From positions 84,225 through 148,224 of the forward strand of contig CAZOZO010000001.1 in assembly GCA_964584315.1 (NCBI GenBank): a stretch of 64,000 nucleotides of DNA, given 5' to 3'. This document shows positions 18,801 to 27,643 of this stretch, piece by piece. The notes beneath the pieces are model-generated. The model did not search any database and was not told where the DNA came from. It saw only the letters and a program-made list of their open reading frames with translations. Source of the DNA: an uncultured Oscillospiraceae bacterium. GTDB taxonomy: Bacteria > Bacillota > Clostridia > Christensenellales > Aristaeellaceae. Position 1 is the stretch's first letter, and every line of letters starts with the position of its first letter. Position numbers and translations under genes: made by a program.

Positions 18801-19610
18801 GGCGGGAACGACCCGCGTCCCTGTCGCCATAGTGCAGACGATGACCAGTGCGCGTCGGAACGACGTCGGCGGTCAAGCCCCGGTGTCATCTCCGCCCCTC
18901 GCGCAGGGTTGTGCTGGCACGCCTCAGCGGTATACCGATCAGAGATTTATACAGTCCTGCTCAACAAAGGAATAGCCCGCGAACCTGATATGCGCGGATG
19001 GATGGGCTGCCACTGCTGGGGCTCGCTGAGAGAAACTGCAATGGGTTGCTCTTTACATCATGACCGCGCCTTCCTCCATCTTTGAACAGAAAGAGGATGG
19101 GCAACCGCGGGACAGCGCAGCTGAATATCACATAGGAAAGAAGTAAACCGCGCATGCCATTCTATGGACGACCCGCCCGCGCCTGTCGCCCGCTCACGCC
19201 CGCAATGTCATGCGATGGGGGACGTGGCGGGTTTTTCGATGCCAGTAAAATTCGCAGGATTTCAATGACGGACTTGCAACTTGCCTTTTTGGGGTATTCA
19301 AGGCGAGGTAACTGCCAGTGCGGCGGTCAAAGGCGAGAATACCCTCTGGATACAAAATATGTGGAGATGGAACGCTTTCAATAGAACTTCAGCGCTTAAA
19401 ACGCGCCGAAAAGGCCGCGGTAAATACAAAAACAAAACAATCTTGTGAAAGCAAAAACAAATTTGAAAGTTCGGCAGGATTTTTGAAGTACTCGTAGAAA
19501 TATGTGAATTAGGGCGAAATTGTGCCATTTCGTCTGCGCACATCCTTCCCGCGGCATCAAACCGCTTGATGGCATACGAGACCCAAAACTACTCCAAGGA
19601 GGAAACCAAC

Positions 19611-21185
19611 ATGAGTCTGGACCTGTCTTACCTGGGCATCATCGAATCCAAGGCCGTTTACCGTAACCTCCCCGTCGGCCCGCTGACCGAGTTTGCGCTT
19701 GCGCGTGGCGAGGGCAAGCTGAGCAATACCGGCGCGCTCGTCGTGATGACCGGTAAATACACTGGCCGTTCGCCCGAGGATCGCTTTGTGGTGGACGAAC
19801 CCTCCATCCATGACGAGATCGCCTGGGGCAAGGTGAACGTCCCCATCAGCATTGAGAAGTTCGACAACCTCTACCGCAAGGCGATCGCCTATTTGCAGAA
19901 CCGCGACGTGTTTGTGTTCGACGGCTTTGCGGGCGCCGACCCCAAATACCGCATCGGCGTGCGCGTGGTGAACGAGCTGGCCAGCCAGAACATGTTCATT
20001 CATCAGATGCTGCTCCGTCCGACCGAGGAGGAGCTTGCAACCTATAAGCCCGACTTCAACATCATCGCCGTGCCCGGCCTCAAGGCGATCCCCGAACTGG
20101 ACGGCGTGCGCAGCGAAGCCGCCATCATCGTCAGCTTCGAGCGCAAGATCGTGCTGGTGATCGGCAGCCAGTATGCCGGCGAAATCAAGAAGAGCGTTTT
20201 CAGCATCATGAACTACCTGCTGCCCAAGCAGGGCATCTTCTCGATGCACTGCTCCGCCAACGTGGGCAAGGACGGCGACAGCGCCATCTTCTTCGGCCTC
20301 TCCGGCACGGGCAAGACCACCCTCTCCGCGGACCCCAACCGTAAGCTCATCGGCGACGACGAACACGGCTGGAGCGACGAAGGCGTGTTCAACATCGAGG
20401 GCGGCTGCTATGCCAAGTGCATCAACCTGTCCAAGGAACATGAGCCGGAGATCTACGGCGCGATCAAGTTTGGCGCGCTGGTGGAGAACGTGACCATGGA
20501 TCCCGACACCCGCGAGTTCGACTTTACCGACGAGAGCGTGACCGAGAACACCCGCGTGGGCTACCCCGTTGATTTCATCAGCAACGCGGAGCTCACCGGC
20601 CAGGCCCCCACGCCCAAGACCGTCATCTTCCTGACGGCGGACGCGTTCGGCGTGCTGCCCCCCGTGAGCAAGCTGGGCCGTGAGGCCGCCATGTACCACT
20701 ATGTGAGCGGCTATACCGCCCGTCTGGCCGGTACCGAGCGCGGCATCACCGAGCCGCAGGCGACCTTCAGCACCTGCTTCGGCGCGCCCTTCCTGCCCCT
20801 GCCCGCCAGCAAGTATGCCGAACTGCTGGGCAAGTATGTTGATAAGAGCGGCGCGAACGTGTACCTGGTCAACACCGGCTGGTCCGGCGGCCCTGCGGGC
20901 AACGGCGGTAGCCGCATGAAGCTGCCCCTCACCCGCGCGATGGTGACCGCGTGCCTCAACGGCGAGCTGGAGAAGAGCGAGTTCGTGCTCGACCCCAACT
21001 TCAACGTGCTGGTGCCCACCACCTGCCCCGGCGTGCCCGCCGATGTGCTCGCCCCCCGCAACACCTGGGCGGACAAGGCCGCGTATGACGCCGCCGCCAA
21101 GAAGCTGGCCGGTATGTTCCGCAAGAACTTCGAGAAGTACACCAACATGGACCAGAAGATCGTCGACGCTGGCCCCAAGGCGTAA
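19611..21185 (+). CDS. pckA: phosphoenolpyruvate carboxykinase (ATP)
   Basis: Kinase-1a [17 protein letters not shown] signature region. ATG 19611 preceded by AGGAGG; the ORF track's upstream ATG 19566 lacks an RBS. Confidence 0.92.
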   Translation: MSLDLSYLGIIESKAVYRNLPVGPLTEFALARGEGKLSNTGALVVMTGKYTGRSPEDRFVVDEPSIHDEIAWGKVNVPISIEKFDNLYRKAIAYLQNRDVFVFDGFAGADPKYRIGVRVVNELASQNMFIHQMLLRPTEEELATYKPDFNIIAVPGLKAIPELDGVRSEAAIIVSFERKIVLVIGSQYAGEIKKSVFSIMNYLLPKQGIFSMHCSANVGKDGDSAIFFGLSGTGKTTLSADPNRKLIGDDEHGWSDEGVFNIEGGCYAKCINLSKEHEPEIYGAIKFGALVENVTMDPDTREFDFTDESVTENTRVGYPVDFISNAELTGQAPTPKTVIFLTADAFGVLPPVSKLGREAAMYHYVSGYTARLAGTERGITEPQATFSTCFGAPFLPLPASKYAELLGKYVDKSGANVYLVNTGWSGGPAGNGGSRMKLPLTRAMVTACLNGELEKSEFVLDPNFNVLVPTTCPGVPADVLAPRNTWADKAAYDAAAKKLAGMFRKNFEKYTNMDQKIVDAGPKA

Positions 21186-21206
21186 GTCCGAAGTGCAATG
21201 CCAAAA

Positions 21207-21240
21207 CCGCCGCCCGACCCTTACGGGTCGGGCGGCTTTT
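21207..21240. terminator. bidirectional rho-independent terminator between convergent pckA and ABC exporter genes
   Basis: aaaa-ccgccgcccgaccc-ttac-gggtcgggcggc-tttt: perfect 12-bp GC-rich stem, 4-nt loop, flanked by A4/T4. Confidence 0.85.
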
Positions 21241-21437
21241 CAGTTGCGTTAAAGGGATGTGGAATGCAGGCGGCGCGGAGTGCAGGCTGGTTTCCTTCCC
21301 TGCCAACAGCAGGGACATGGGTCTACTGCGCGAACGTGCGCCATTCGTTTGTGCATCGGTCACTGCTGGTTCTACCGAACAAACATCCGCGCTTTCGCTT
21401 GTAGTACGAAAGAGCGGATGCTGTACATTGTGTTGTC

Positions 21438-23651
21438 TCAATATACGTTTGTGGCGCTGGCAGCCTCGGTGCTCTCCAGCAGTTGCCGCGAAGCAAGTTC
21501 GTAAAACGCGCCGCGTTGGCCAAGCAGTTCCTCGAACGTGCCGCTCTCCACGATACGTCCGCCATCCAGCACGATGATGCGGTCACACTCGCGAATGGTG
21601 GATAGTCGGTGCGCGATCACCACGCGGGTGCATTTGAGGGCGGCCAGCGAATCTGCCACCTGCTTTTGGGTGATGTTGTCCAGCGCGCTGGTGGCTTCGT
21701 CCAGCATCAGGATGCGCGGCTTGGCTGCCAGCGCGCGCGCGATCATCAGCCGCTGGCGCTGCCCGCCGGATAGGCCGCCCCCGCCTTCAGTGATCACCGT
21801 GTACATGCCCATGGGCATGTCCGAAATATCCTGATCCAGCCCCGACAGGCGTGCGATCTCCCACGCATCCGATAGGGTGAGCGCGGGATTCGCGATGGCG
21901 ATGTTGGAGAAGATATCGCCCGCGAACAGCTTGCCGTTCTGGATCACCACGCCGATGCGGCGGCGCAGCGAGCGCAGGTCGATACGGCTCAGGTCGATGT
22001 TGTCGTAATAGATGGCGCCTTTGCGCGGGTTTTCAAAACCCATCATCAGTCGCATGAGCGTGGATTTGCCGCAGCCTGTGCGCCCCACGATGGCTACATA
22101 CTCGTGCGGCTTGATCTTGAGGCTCACGTCGCTGAGCAAGTCGGGGCCGTTTTCGTCATAGCGGAAGCTCACATGGCTTAGCTCGATCGCACCGCTCACG
22201 TTATCCAGCACGGTTTTGCCCTCGTCGGTCTCCGGCACGGCCGCGAGGATGGGTTCGGCCATTTCCAGCTGGGGCTTGACGCTGGCGAACGTGGTGGTCA
22301 GGGTGGTGAGCGACAGGAGCGCCGCGCCGATCATCCCGTACGATACGCTGAAGGCCATGTAGTCGCTTACCGACACCTTGTTTTGCACCGCGATGTAATA
22401 AAACGCCAGCGTGCCCACCAGCGTGAGCGCCATGTTGGTCACGCTCACATAGCGCAGGATGCGCGGGGGCGCATAGGTCATCTTTGCCTGCTTCTGGTAG
22501 AGCTCCGCCCACTTGGCGAAGCCGCGCTTCTCCGAGCCGGTCAGCTTGATCTTCTGGATGCCGGAGAACAGTGCAAACACGAGACCGCCCAGCTTGGCGC
22601 CCACGGCCATGGAGGCACGCTCATGCTTGAGACCGGCCCACGCGGCCAGCATGTTCAGCAGCACCTGTGCCAGCACCAGAAGCATCGCAGGCCCTACCAG
22701 TGCGCCTGCGAACGAGCCGATCTGGAACAGGTAGATGAGCGAGAGGATTGCCGAGAGCAGTGTCCCCGTAACGGCGTTCACCAGCTGGTCGCACAGGTTG
22801 CTGAGGGCGGCCAGGCGGCTGGCCAGCTCGCCGCTGCTGTACTGCTTGAAGAAGGTGGCGGGCAGCAGCAGCATACGCGCCATGGCTGCCGGCTCCACCG
22901 CCAGCTGGATGCGTGTGGTGATGCGCCTTGACAGAAAGTTGCGCGTGGTGGATAGCATGGCCGTGCCGATGGCGAAAGCCACGAGCATGCCCAGCGTGGG
23001 CAACAGATAGCTTTGGTTGCCGGAGGGGATGACCGTGCCAAACAACAGGCGGTTTACAGCGGGGGTAAGCAGACCAAACAGCGTCACCAGCAGCGAAACG
23101 CCCGTATACAGCGCCATGTCGCCCGCAGAAAGCGCCGCAGCCATATATTTGAGCAAATCGCCAATGCCCATGCGCGATGCGGGGAACGGGCGATAGAAGC
23201 AATACGCATCGTCGTCCATCAGCTCGGCGCGGGCACGGGTCACACGCTGGCGTTCGCCGGTGAAGGGGTCGATGTATTCGTAGCCCGAGAAGGGCAGCGG
23301 GAGCAGCGCGATCACCTCGCCGCTCTTGAGCGAGCCCAGCATGGGACCGATGGCGTCGCGATACCACGCGCCTGTCAGGCGCACACGGCGCTTCATCACA
23401 CCGGTGGGGCGCAGGGCGAAGTCGAGGTAGGCGTCCAAGTCCTCGGCGGTGTCGGGCACCGTGGTCAGCGGGATGAGGAAATAGCGGAGCACCTCGTCTA
23501 CCGCGTTTTTGACGCGCTGGCGGTCGTTTTGGAACCGTTCGCCAAAACGGTCGCCCATGATGACGGACGCCAGGCTGCAAAACGCCATGTCGAAGCGGTC
23601 GCGATCTTTGCGCATCCGCTCGCGCAGCTGTTCGTCAAACCAATGGCTCAT
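21438..23651 (-). CDS. bacteriocin-type ABC exporter (permease+ATPase) with N-terminal degenerate C39-like domain (CLD)
   Basis: 737 aa: ~165-aa cytoplasmic N-domain whose C-terminal half resembles papain-like C39 (GEVIALLP...YIDPFTGERQRV...AYCFYRPFP) but lacks the oxyanion Gln and catalytic His; 6-TM exporter domain; NBD with GRTGCGKST, LSGGQRQR, LMLDEATSALD, IAHRLST. Confidence 0.85.
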   Translation of the reverse strand: MSHWFDEQLRERMRKDRDRFDMAFCSLASVIMGDRFGERFQNDRQRVKNAVDEVLRYFLIPLTTVPDTAEDLDAYLDFALRPTGVMKRRVRLTGAWYRDAIGPMLGSLKSGEVIALLPLPFSGYEYIDPFTGERQRVTRARAELMDDDAYCFYRPFPASRMGIGDLLKYMAAALSAGDMALYTGVSLLVTLFGLLTPAVNRLLFGTVIPSGNQSYLLPTLGMLVAFAIGTAMLSTTRNFLSRRITTRIQLAVEPAAMARMLLLPATFFKQYSSGELASRLAALSNLCDQLVNAVTGTLLSAILSLIYLFQIGSFAGALVGPAMLLVLAQVLLNMLAAWAGLKHERASMAVGAKLGGLVFALFSGIQKIKLTGSEKRGFAKWAELYQKQAKMTYAPPRILRYVSVTNMALTLVGTLAFYYIAVQNKVSVSDYMAFSVSYGMIGAALLSLTTLTTTFASVKPQLEMAEPILAAVPETDEGKTVLDNVSGAIELSHVSFRYDENGPDLLSDVSLKIKPHEYVAIVGRTGCGKSTLMRLMMGFENPRKGAIYYDNIDLSRIDLRSLRRRIGVVIQNGKLFAGDIFSNIAIANPALTLSDAWEIARLSGLDQDISDMPMGMYTVITEGGGGLSGGQRQRLMIARALAAKPRILMLDEATSALDNITQKQVADSLAALKCTRVVIAHRLSTIRECDRIIVLDGGRIVESGTFEELLGQRGAFYELASRQLLESTEAASATNVY

Positions 23652-23665
23652 ATTCGCGCACCCCC

Positions 23666-25816
23666 TCAGTTCATGGAGACGAGCTTCTGATACAACCCGT
23701 CTGCCTCGGCAAAGAGTTGCGCGTGCGTGCCGCGCTGCACCACGTTTCCGTGGTCGAGCACCAGTATCTCGTCGCAGTCGCGGATGGTCGAAAGCCGGTG
23801 TGCGATGATCACGCAGGTAATGCCGCGGTCGCAGATCGCCTTGACCAACTCCGCCTCGGTCTTGGCATCCAAGGCGCTTGTAGCCTCGTCCAGAATGGCG
23901 ATGGTGGGGTCGAGCGCGAGGGCGCGGGCGATGTCGATGCGCTGGCGCTCGCCGCCGGAATAGTTTTTGCCACCCTCGGCCAGCATGGCGCGGTAACCGC
24001 CCTCGCGGGAGAGGATCATGTGGTCGATCTGCGCGTCGTGCGCGGCCAGGATCATCTCAAAATCGGCGATGGTGTCGTCCCACATCTTGATGTTGGCGGC
24101 GATGGTATCTTCAAACAGCGTCACGTCCTGATCGACCACCGCGACCGAGCCAGTGAACACCTCATGCTCGATCTGCTCGATGGCTTGGCCATCGAACAGG
24201 ATCTCGCCGCTCCAAGGCTTGTACAGGCCGCTGAGCAGCTTGGCGACGGTCGATTTACCGCAGCCGCTCGCGCCCACCAGCGCCACGCGCTGGCCGGTTT
24301 TCAGCGACAGGGAGAAATCTTTGATCAGCGGTGCGGCCAACGGGTTGTAGCCGAAGGTCACGTTCTTGATCTCCACATTGCCGCTCAGCTTGCGGTAGGT
24401 GCGGGTATCATCGTCCGGCGAGGCGGCGGGGAAGAGGTCGGGCTGGTAGTCCATCACGTCCTGCACACGCTCCATGGTGGCGCGCAGCAAGCCCATCTCC
24501 TCGCGCAGGCTACGCAGGGTATCCACCGGCCCCATGAAAGCGGCCAGAAAGCCCTGGAACGCGAACAGCATGCCTACCGTGAACGACCCGCCCATGATGA
24601 GCGCCGCGCCCACGCACAACACAAACACGCCGGAGAGCGAGCCCATCAACGCCGCGAGGCTGCCAAGGTACCCGTCCAGCCGCGCGCTTTTGACCGATGC
24701 GGCGTTTACGCCCGCGTGGTAGCCGGCCCATTTTTGGAAGTAACCCTCCTCTGCGCCGGAGGACTTGATGGTCTCGATCATCTCCACGCCGCTGAGCGTG
24801 GTGGCCTGAAGCTTGCCGGAGAGCATCATGGTGGCCCGCGTCAGGTTGAGGCGCTTTTTGGCCACATAGCCGGAAATCAGCAGGTTCAGCGCTGCGCAGG
24901 CAAGGCCGATCAGCGTGAGGGGGATGCTGTAGCCCAGCATGACCGTAAGGTAAAACACCAGCATGGCCATATCCAGCACCAGCGGCGCGAGGCGCTCGAA
25001 AACCGTGGCCGCGATGCCCTCGTTGGCCTGCTGGCGCATGGCGATATCGCCCGCCAGCCGCGCCGAAAAGAAGCGGATAGGCAGCCGCAGCACCTGCCAC
25101 ATGAACGATCCGCTGGCGATGATGGCGAACTTGCCGGAAATTTTCAGGTTGTAGTTTTGCGAGATGGCAGCGACCACCGTTTGCATCACGATAAAGGCGG
25201 AAAACAGGTAGACGAAGGGCATGAGCCACTCCGGCCGCGCGCCGGTCAACAGGCTGTCTAAAAAAACGCGGCTGAACAGCGGCGCCACCACGCCCAGCGC
25301 CGAGGTGAGCAGGCTCACCAGCAGCACAAAGGCGATCAGTCCCGCGGAGCCCTTGAGCCGCTGACGCACAAAGCCCAGCACGCTTGGGCGCCTGCCCTCG
25401 CGCACAAAGGCCTCGGTGGGCTCAAACACAAGCGCAACGCCCGTGTAGGCGTTGTCGAACTCCGTGAGGGGCACCTGTTCCAGCCCGGTGGCGGGGTTGT
25501 TGATGATGGCTTTGCCACGGCGGAAGCCGCACAGCACCACGAAATGGTTGAAGTTCCAATGGATGATACACGGCATGGGCGCCGTGCGCAACTCCTGCGG
25601 CTCCAGCCGGTAGCCTGCGGCCTTGAGCCCGTAGCGCCGCGCTGCGGCCACAATGCTCTTGGCGCTGCTGCCGTCGCGGCTCACGCCGCAATCCTCGCGC
25701 ACGGTCTCCAGCGGCAGCCATTTGCCAAAGTGGGCAAGCACCATGGAGAGGCTTGCCGCGCCGCATTCCACGGCCTCCTGCTGTAAAATGGTGGGGGTGA
25801 GCACGACCTTGCTCAT
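23666..25816 (-). CDS. peptidase-containing ABC transporter (PCAT): C39 bacteriocin-processing peptidase + permease + ATPase
   Basis: 716 aa. N-terminal C39 domain with an intact catalytic set: Q..ECGAASLSMVL (Gln/Cys), NHFVVL (His), INNPATG. 6-TM domain. NBD with GASGCGKST, YSGGERQR, ILDEATSALD, IAHRLST. Confidence 0.88.
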   Translation of the reverse strand: MSKVVLTPTILQQEAVECGAASLSMVLAHFGKWLPLETVREDCGVSRDGSSAKSIVAAARRYGLKAAGYRLEPQELRTAPMPCIIHWNFNHFVVLCGFRRGKAIINNPATGLEQVPLTEFDNAYTGVALVFEPTEAFVREGRRPSVLGFVRQRLKGSAGLIAFVLLVSLLTSALGVVAPLFSRVFLDSLLTGARPEWLMPFVYLFSAFIVMQTVVAAISQNYNLKISGKFAIIASGSFMWQVLRLPIRFFSARLAGDIAMRQQANEGIAATVFERLAPLVLDMAMLVFYLTVMLGYSIPLTLIGLACAALNLLISGYVAKKRLNLTRATMMLSGKLQATTLSGVEMIETIKSSGAEEGYFQKWAGYHAGVNAASVKSARLDGYLGSLAALMGSLSGVFVLCVGAALIMGGSFTVGMLFAFQGFLAAFMGPVDTLRSLREEMGLLRATMERVQDVMDYQPDLFPAASPDDDTRTYRKLSGNVEIKNVTFGYNPLAAPLIKDFSLSLKTGQRVALVGASGCGKSTVAKLLSGLYKPWSGEILFDGQAIEQIEHEVFTGSVAVVDQDVTLFEDTIAANIKMWDDTIADFEMILAAHDAQIDHMILSREGGYRAMLAEGGKNYSGGERQRIDIARALALDPTIAILDEATSALDAKTEAELVKAICDRGITCVIIAHRLSTIRDCDEILVLDHGNVVQRGTHAQLFAEADGLYQKLVSMN

Positions 25817-25824
25817 ACGCCCGC

Positions 25825-26013
25825 TTACCCGAAAATGAGACCGACGAGGTTCACATCGGTCATGGAGAGGAACACGACCATGGCGACCATCGCCAGCGCC
25901 ACAGCGCCCAGCGCCAGCCAGATGCCGGTGGGCACCACCTTGATGGTATCGTTGAGCTGATCCGGTGAGGTGACGCGCTCAATGGCACTCTTGCGGAAAA
26001 GTTCCTGATTCAT
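25825..26013 (-). CDS. 62-aa membrane-anchored microprotein resembling only the N-terminus of HlyD-family bacteriocin secretion adaptors
   Basis: MNQELFRKSAIERVTSPDQLNDTIKVVPTGIWLALGAVALAMVAMVVFL...GLIFG*: cytoplasmic LFRxxAxE...SP(D/E)QLD motif plus one TM helix, then a stop. RBS AGGAG 9 nt upstream; first gene of the operon, 9 nt before the PCAT start. Confidence 0.55.
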   Translation of the reverse strand: MNQELFRKSAIERVTSPDQLNDTIKVVPTGIWLALGAVALAMVAMVVFLSMTDVNLVGLIFG

Positions 26014-26087
26014 AGGTCATGCTCCTTACGCGGCCTCTGAGCGCCGCGTGTTATTCGCTTGTGGAACCGTCCTTACACCGTTTGACC

Positions 26088-26116
26088 CATTATATACCGC
26101 CGCGTTTGGCCGGTCA
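26088..26116 (-). promoter_or_regulatory. sigma70-type promoter for the microprotein-PCAT-ABC operon
   Basis: Minus strand: TTGACC (26111-26116) - 17 nt - TATAAT (26088-26093). ~65-nt leader containing a 7-bp hairpin (acgcggc...gccgcgt) just 5' of the RBS. Confidence 0.6.
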
Positions 26117-26250
26117 AGGAAAACTCAAGCCAATTCTCATGCTATTCTCATCAAACCATTAATCGTCTCTCAAGCATCTCATCAAGAAGCGTGTTATTCT
26201 ATGCACGTAAACAAGCCAACCACCCAAGAGACATAAGGAGGAACCCTACG

Positions 26251-26544
26251 ATGGATACCAACCGGCAGCGCGATAACGGCTTCTTCAGCAAAATGTACCG
26301 CACCCGTTTCAGGGCCAGCAAGAACGGACAAACGGTCGTAAACCTCTCGCTTCTCTTCTCGCTGATCGCCCTGCTCAGCGCCCCCTGGCTGGTGATCCTG
26401 GGCCTGATCGCCGCCCTGCTGATGGGCTACCGCTTCTCCATGGAGAAGGATGGGCTGGGCTTTGAGCAGAGCTTCGACGATGTGGTGCGCAACGCCGCGG
26501 GCAACGTAAAGCACGCTGTGGAGAGCTTCACCGAACAGCACTGA
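26251..26544 (+). CDS. small membrane protein, DUF4342-like (paralog A)
   Basis: 97 aa from ATG 26251 (RBS AAGGAGG). YRTRFRASKNGQTVVNLSLLFSLIALLSAPWLVILGLIAALLMGYRF: charged N-segment, K-x-G, then one long hydrophobic helix. Family assignment from memory of the DUF4342 pattern, not a search. Confidence 0.6.
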   Translation: MDTNRQRDNGFFSKMYRTRFRASKNGQTVVNLSLLFSLIALLSAPWLVILGLIAALLMGYRFSMEKDGLGFEQSFDDVVRNAAGNVKHAVESFTEQH

Positions 26545-26631
26545 CCCCCGCGCCGGACGGCGCGACAACCATACTGCGGCACAGCGCCGCACACCCCACC
26601 AAAACCACATTATGATAGGGAGGATCCACTT

Positions 26632-26973
26632 ATGGAAAACAACACTGCGAACAACAACGGCAAGACCGGTTTCTTCAGCCTTCTGTACCGCACCCGCCTG
26701 GTCATCACCAAGGGCGATACCACCATCCTGAACCTCTCGGTGCTCTTCAGCGTGATCTCGCTGCTGTGCGCGCCCTGGCTGGTCGTGATCGGCGCGATCA
26801 TCGCGCTGGTGCTGGGCTACCGCTTTGCCATCGAGCGTAACGCCGCCGCCTTTGATAAGGACTTTGAGCATGTCGTGAAGGACGCGGCCAGCAACGTCAA
26901 GAGCGCCGTGGAGAACGTGACCGGCGCGCACCATGACGCTGGCAACGGCAGTGATACCGGCGCCCAGATGTAA
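26632..26973 (+). CDS. small membrane protein, DUF4342-like (paralog B, tandem duplicate)
   Basis: 113 aa, RBS GGGAGG; ~50% identical to paralog A over the core (YRTRLVITKGDTTILNLSVLFSVISLLCAPWLVVIGAIIALVLGYRF). Gly/Asp/His-rich C-tail. Confidence 0.6.
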   Translation: MENNTANNNGKTGFFSLLYRTRLVITKGDTTILNLSVLFSVISLLCAPWLVVIGAIIALVLGYRFAIERNAAAFDKDFEHVVKDAASNVKSAVENVTGAHHDAGNGSDTGAQM

Positions 26974-27025
26974 GGCGAAACCAATGAAAACGATTGCTTC
27001 CGGCAGGTTTGCGACTGACGGAAGA

Positions 27026-27065
27026 CCACACAAGAACAGGGAGCCTGACCCGTGAGGGACAGGCT
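27026..27065. terminator. hairpin terminator candidate between convergent genes
   Basis: cagggagcctg-acccgtgaggga-caggctccctg (11-bp perfect stem) followed by gcTTTg; T-rich on the other strand as well. Confidence 0.45.
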
Positions 27066-27181
27066 CCCTGGCTTTGCGCATACCAAAGAATGTAACGGTT
27101 GTGAGCGAATGCTTGCGCAGCAGAGAGGACGGGTGGTCATCACGCAGAATGACGCGCACCGTTTTGCCGCCCTGCCTGTGC

Positions 27182-27610
27182 TCAAGGCCGGTGTTCGATA
27201 TCCTTGTTGCGGTACAGCACGTCGTGCCGCGCGGTAAAACCCTGCTTCTCCCAAAAAGCGTTACCCTTGTCATTGGTGGCGAACACCAACAGCGCGGCCT
27301 TGCCCACGCCCTCGCTTGCCAGCGCCTCCATGGCGCGGGTAAGCAGCGTTTCGCCCACGCCCCTACGGCGGTGCGACTCGGCCACGGCCATGTGGTAGAG
27401 ATAGGCGCGCCGTCCGTCGTGGCCGCTGAGGATAGAGCCGATCAACGCGCCGTTTTCCTCGGCGACAAAGCAGGTTTCCGGGTTGCGGCGCAGGTAGCGG
27501 GCGATGCCCTCGCGGCTGTCGTCCACAGGGTTCAGGCCCATGCCTGCGGTGCTTTGCCACAGGGCGGATACACGGTCAAAATCCTCGATGGTCATCAGGC
27601 GGATATCCAT
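27182..27610 (-). CDS. GNAT family N-acetyltransferase
   Basis: 142 aa, acetyl-CoA binding motif A (RRRGVGETLL...A) in a typical GNAT fold-length protein. Confidence 0.85.
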   Translation of the reverse strand: MDIRLMTIEDFDRVSALWQSTAGMGLNPVDDSREGIARYLRRNPETCFVAEENGALIGSILSGHDGRRAYLYHMAVAESHRRRGVGETLLTRAMEALASEGVGKAALLVFATNDKGNAFWEKQGFTARHDVLYRNKDIEHRP

Positions 27611-27643
27611 ATGCGCACTTCCAGTCGGGTGATTTAGGGGGGT

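Noticed and set aside
19440-19460. Catabolite-responsive element (cre) upstream of pckA
   Set aside because: The best candidate, tgaaagcaaaaaca, mismatches the cre core (lacks the central CG…T positions).
21250-21440. Small ORFs (81 and 106 aa) just downstream of the pckA terminator as candidate bacteriocin precursors
   Set aside because: They overlap the 3' end of the ABC exporter gene on the other strand, lack RBSs, and have no double-glycine or NHLP-type leader. They lie downstream of, not upstream of, the exporter operon.
26194-27273. 359-aa minus-strand ORF and 27074-27637 plus-strand ORF
   Set aside because: They are antisense to the two DUF4342-like genes and to the GNAT gene respectively, and span the terminator hairpin. 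They show no coding features.
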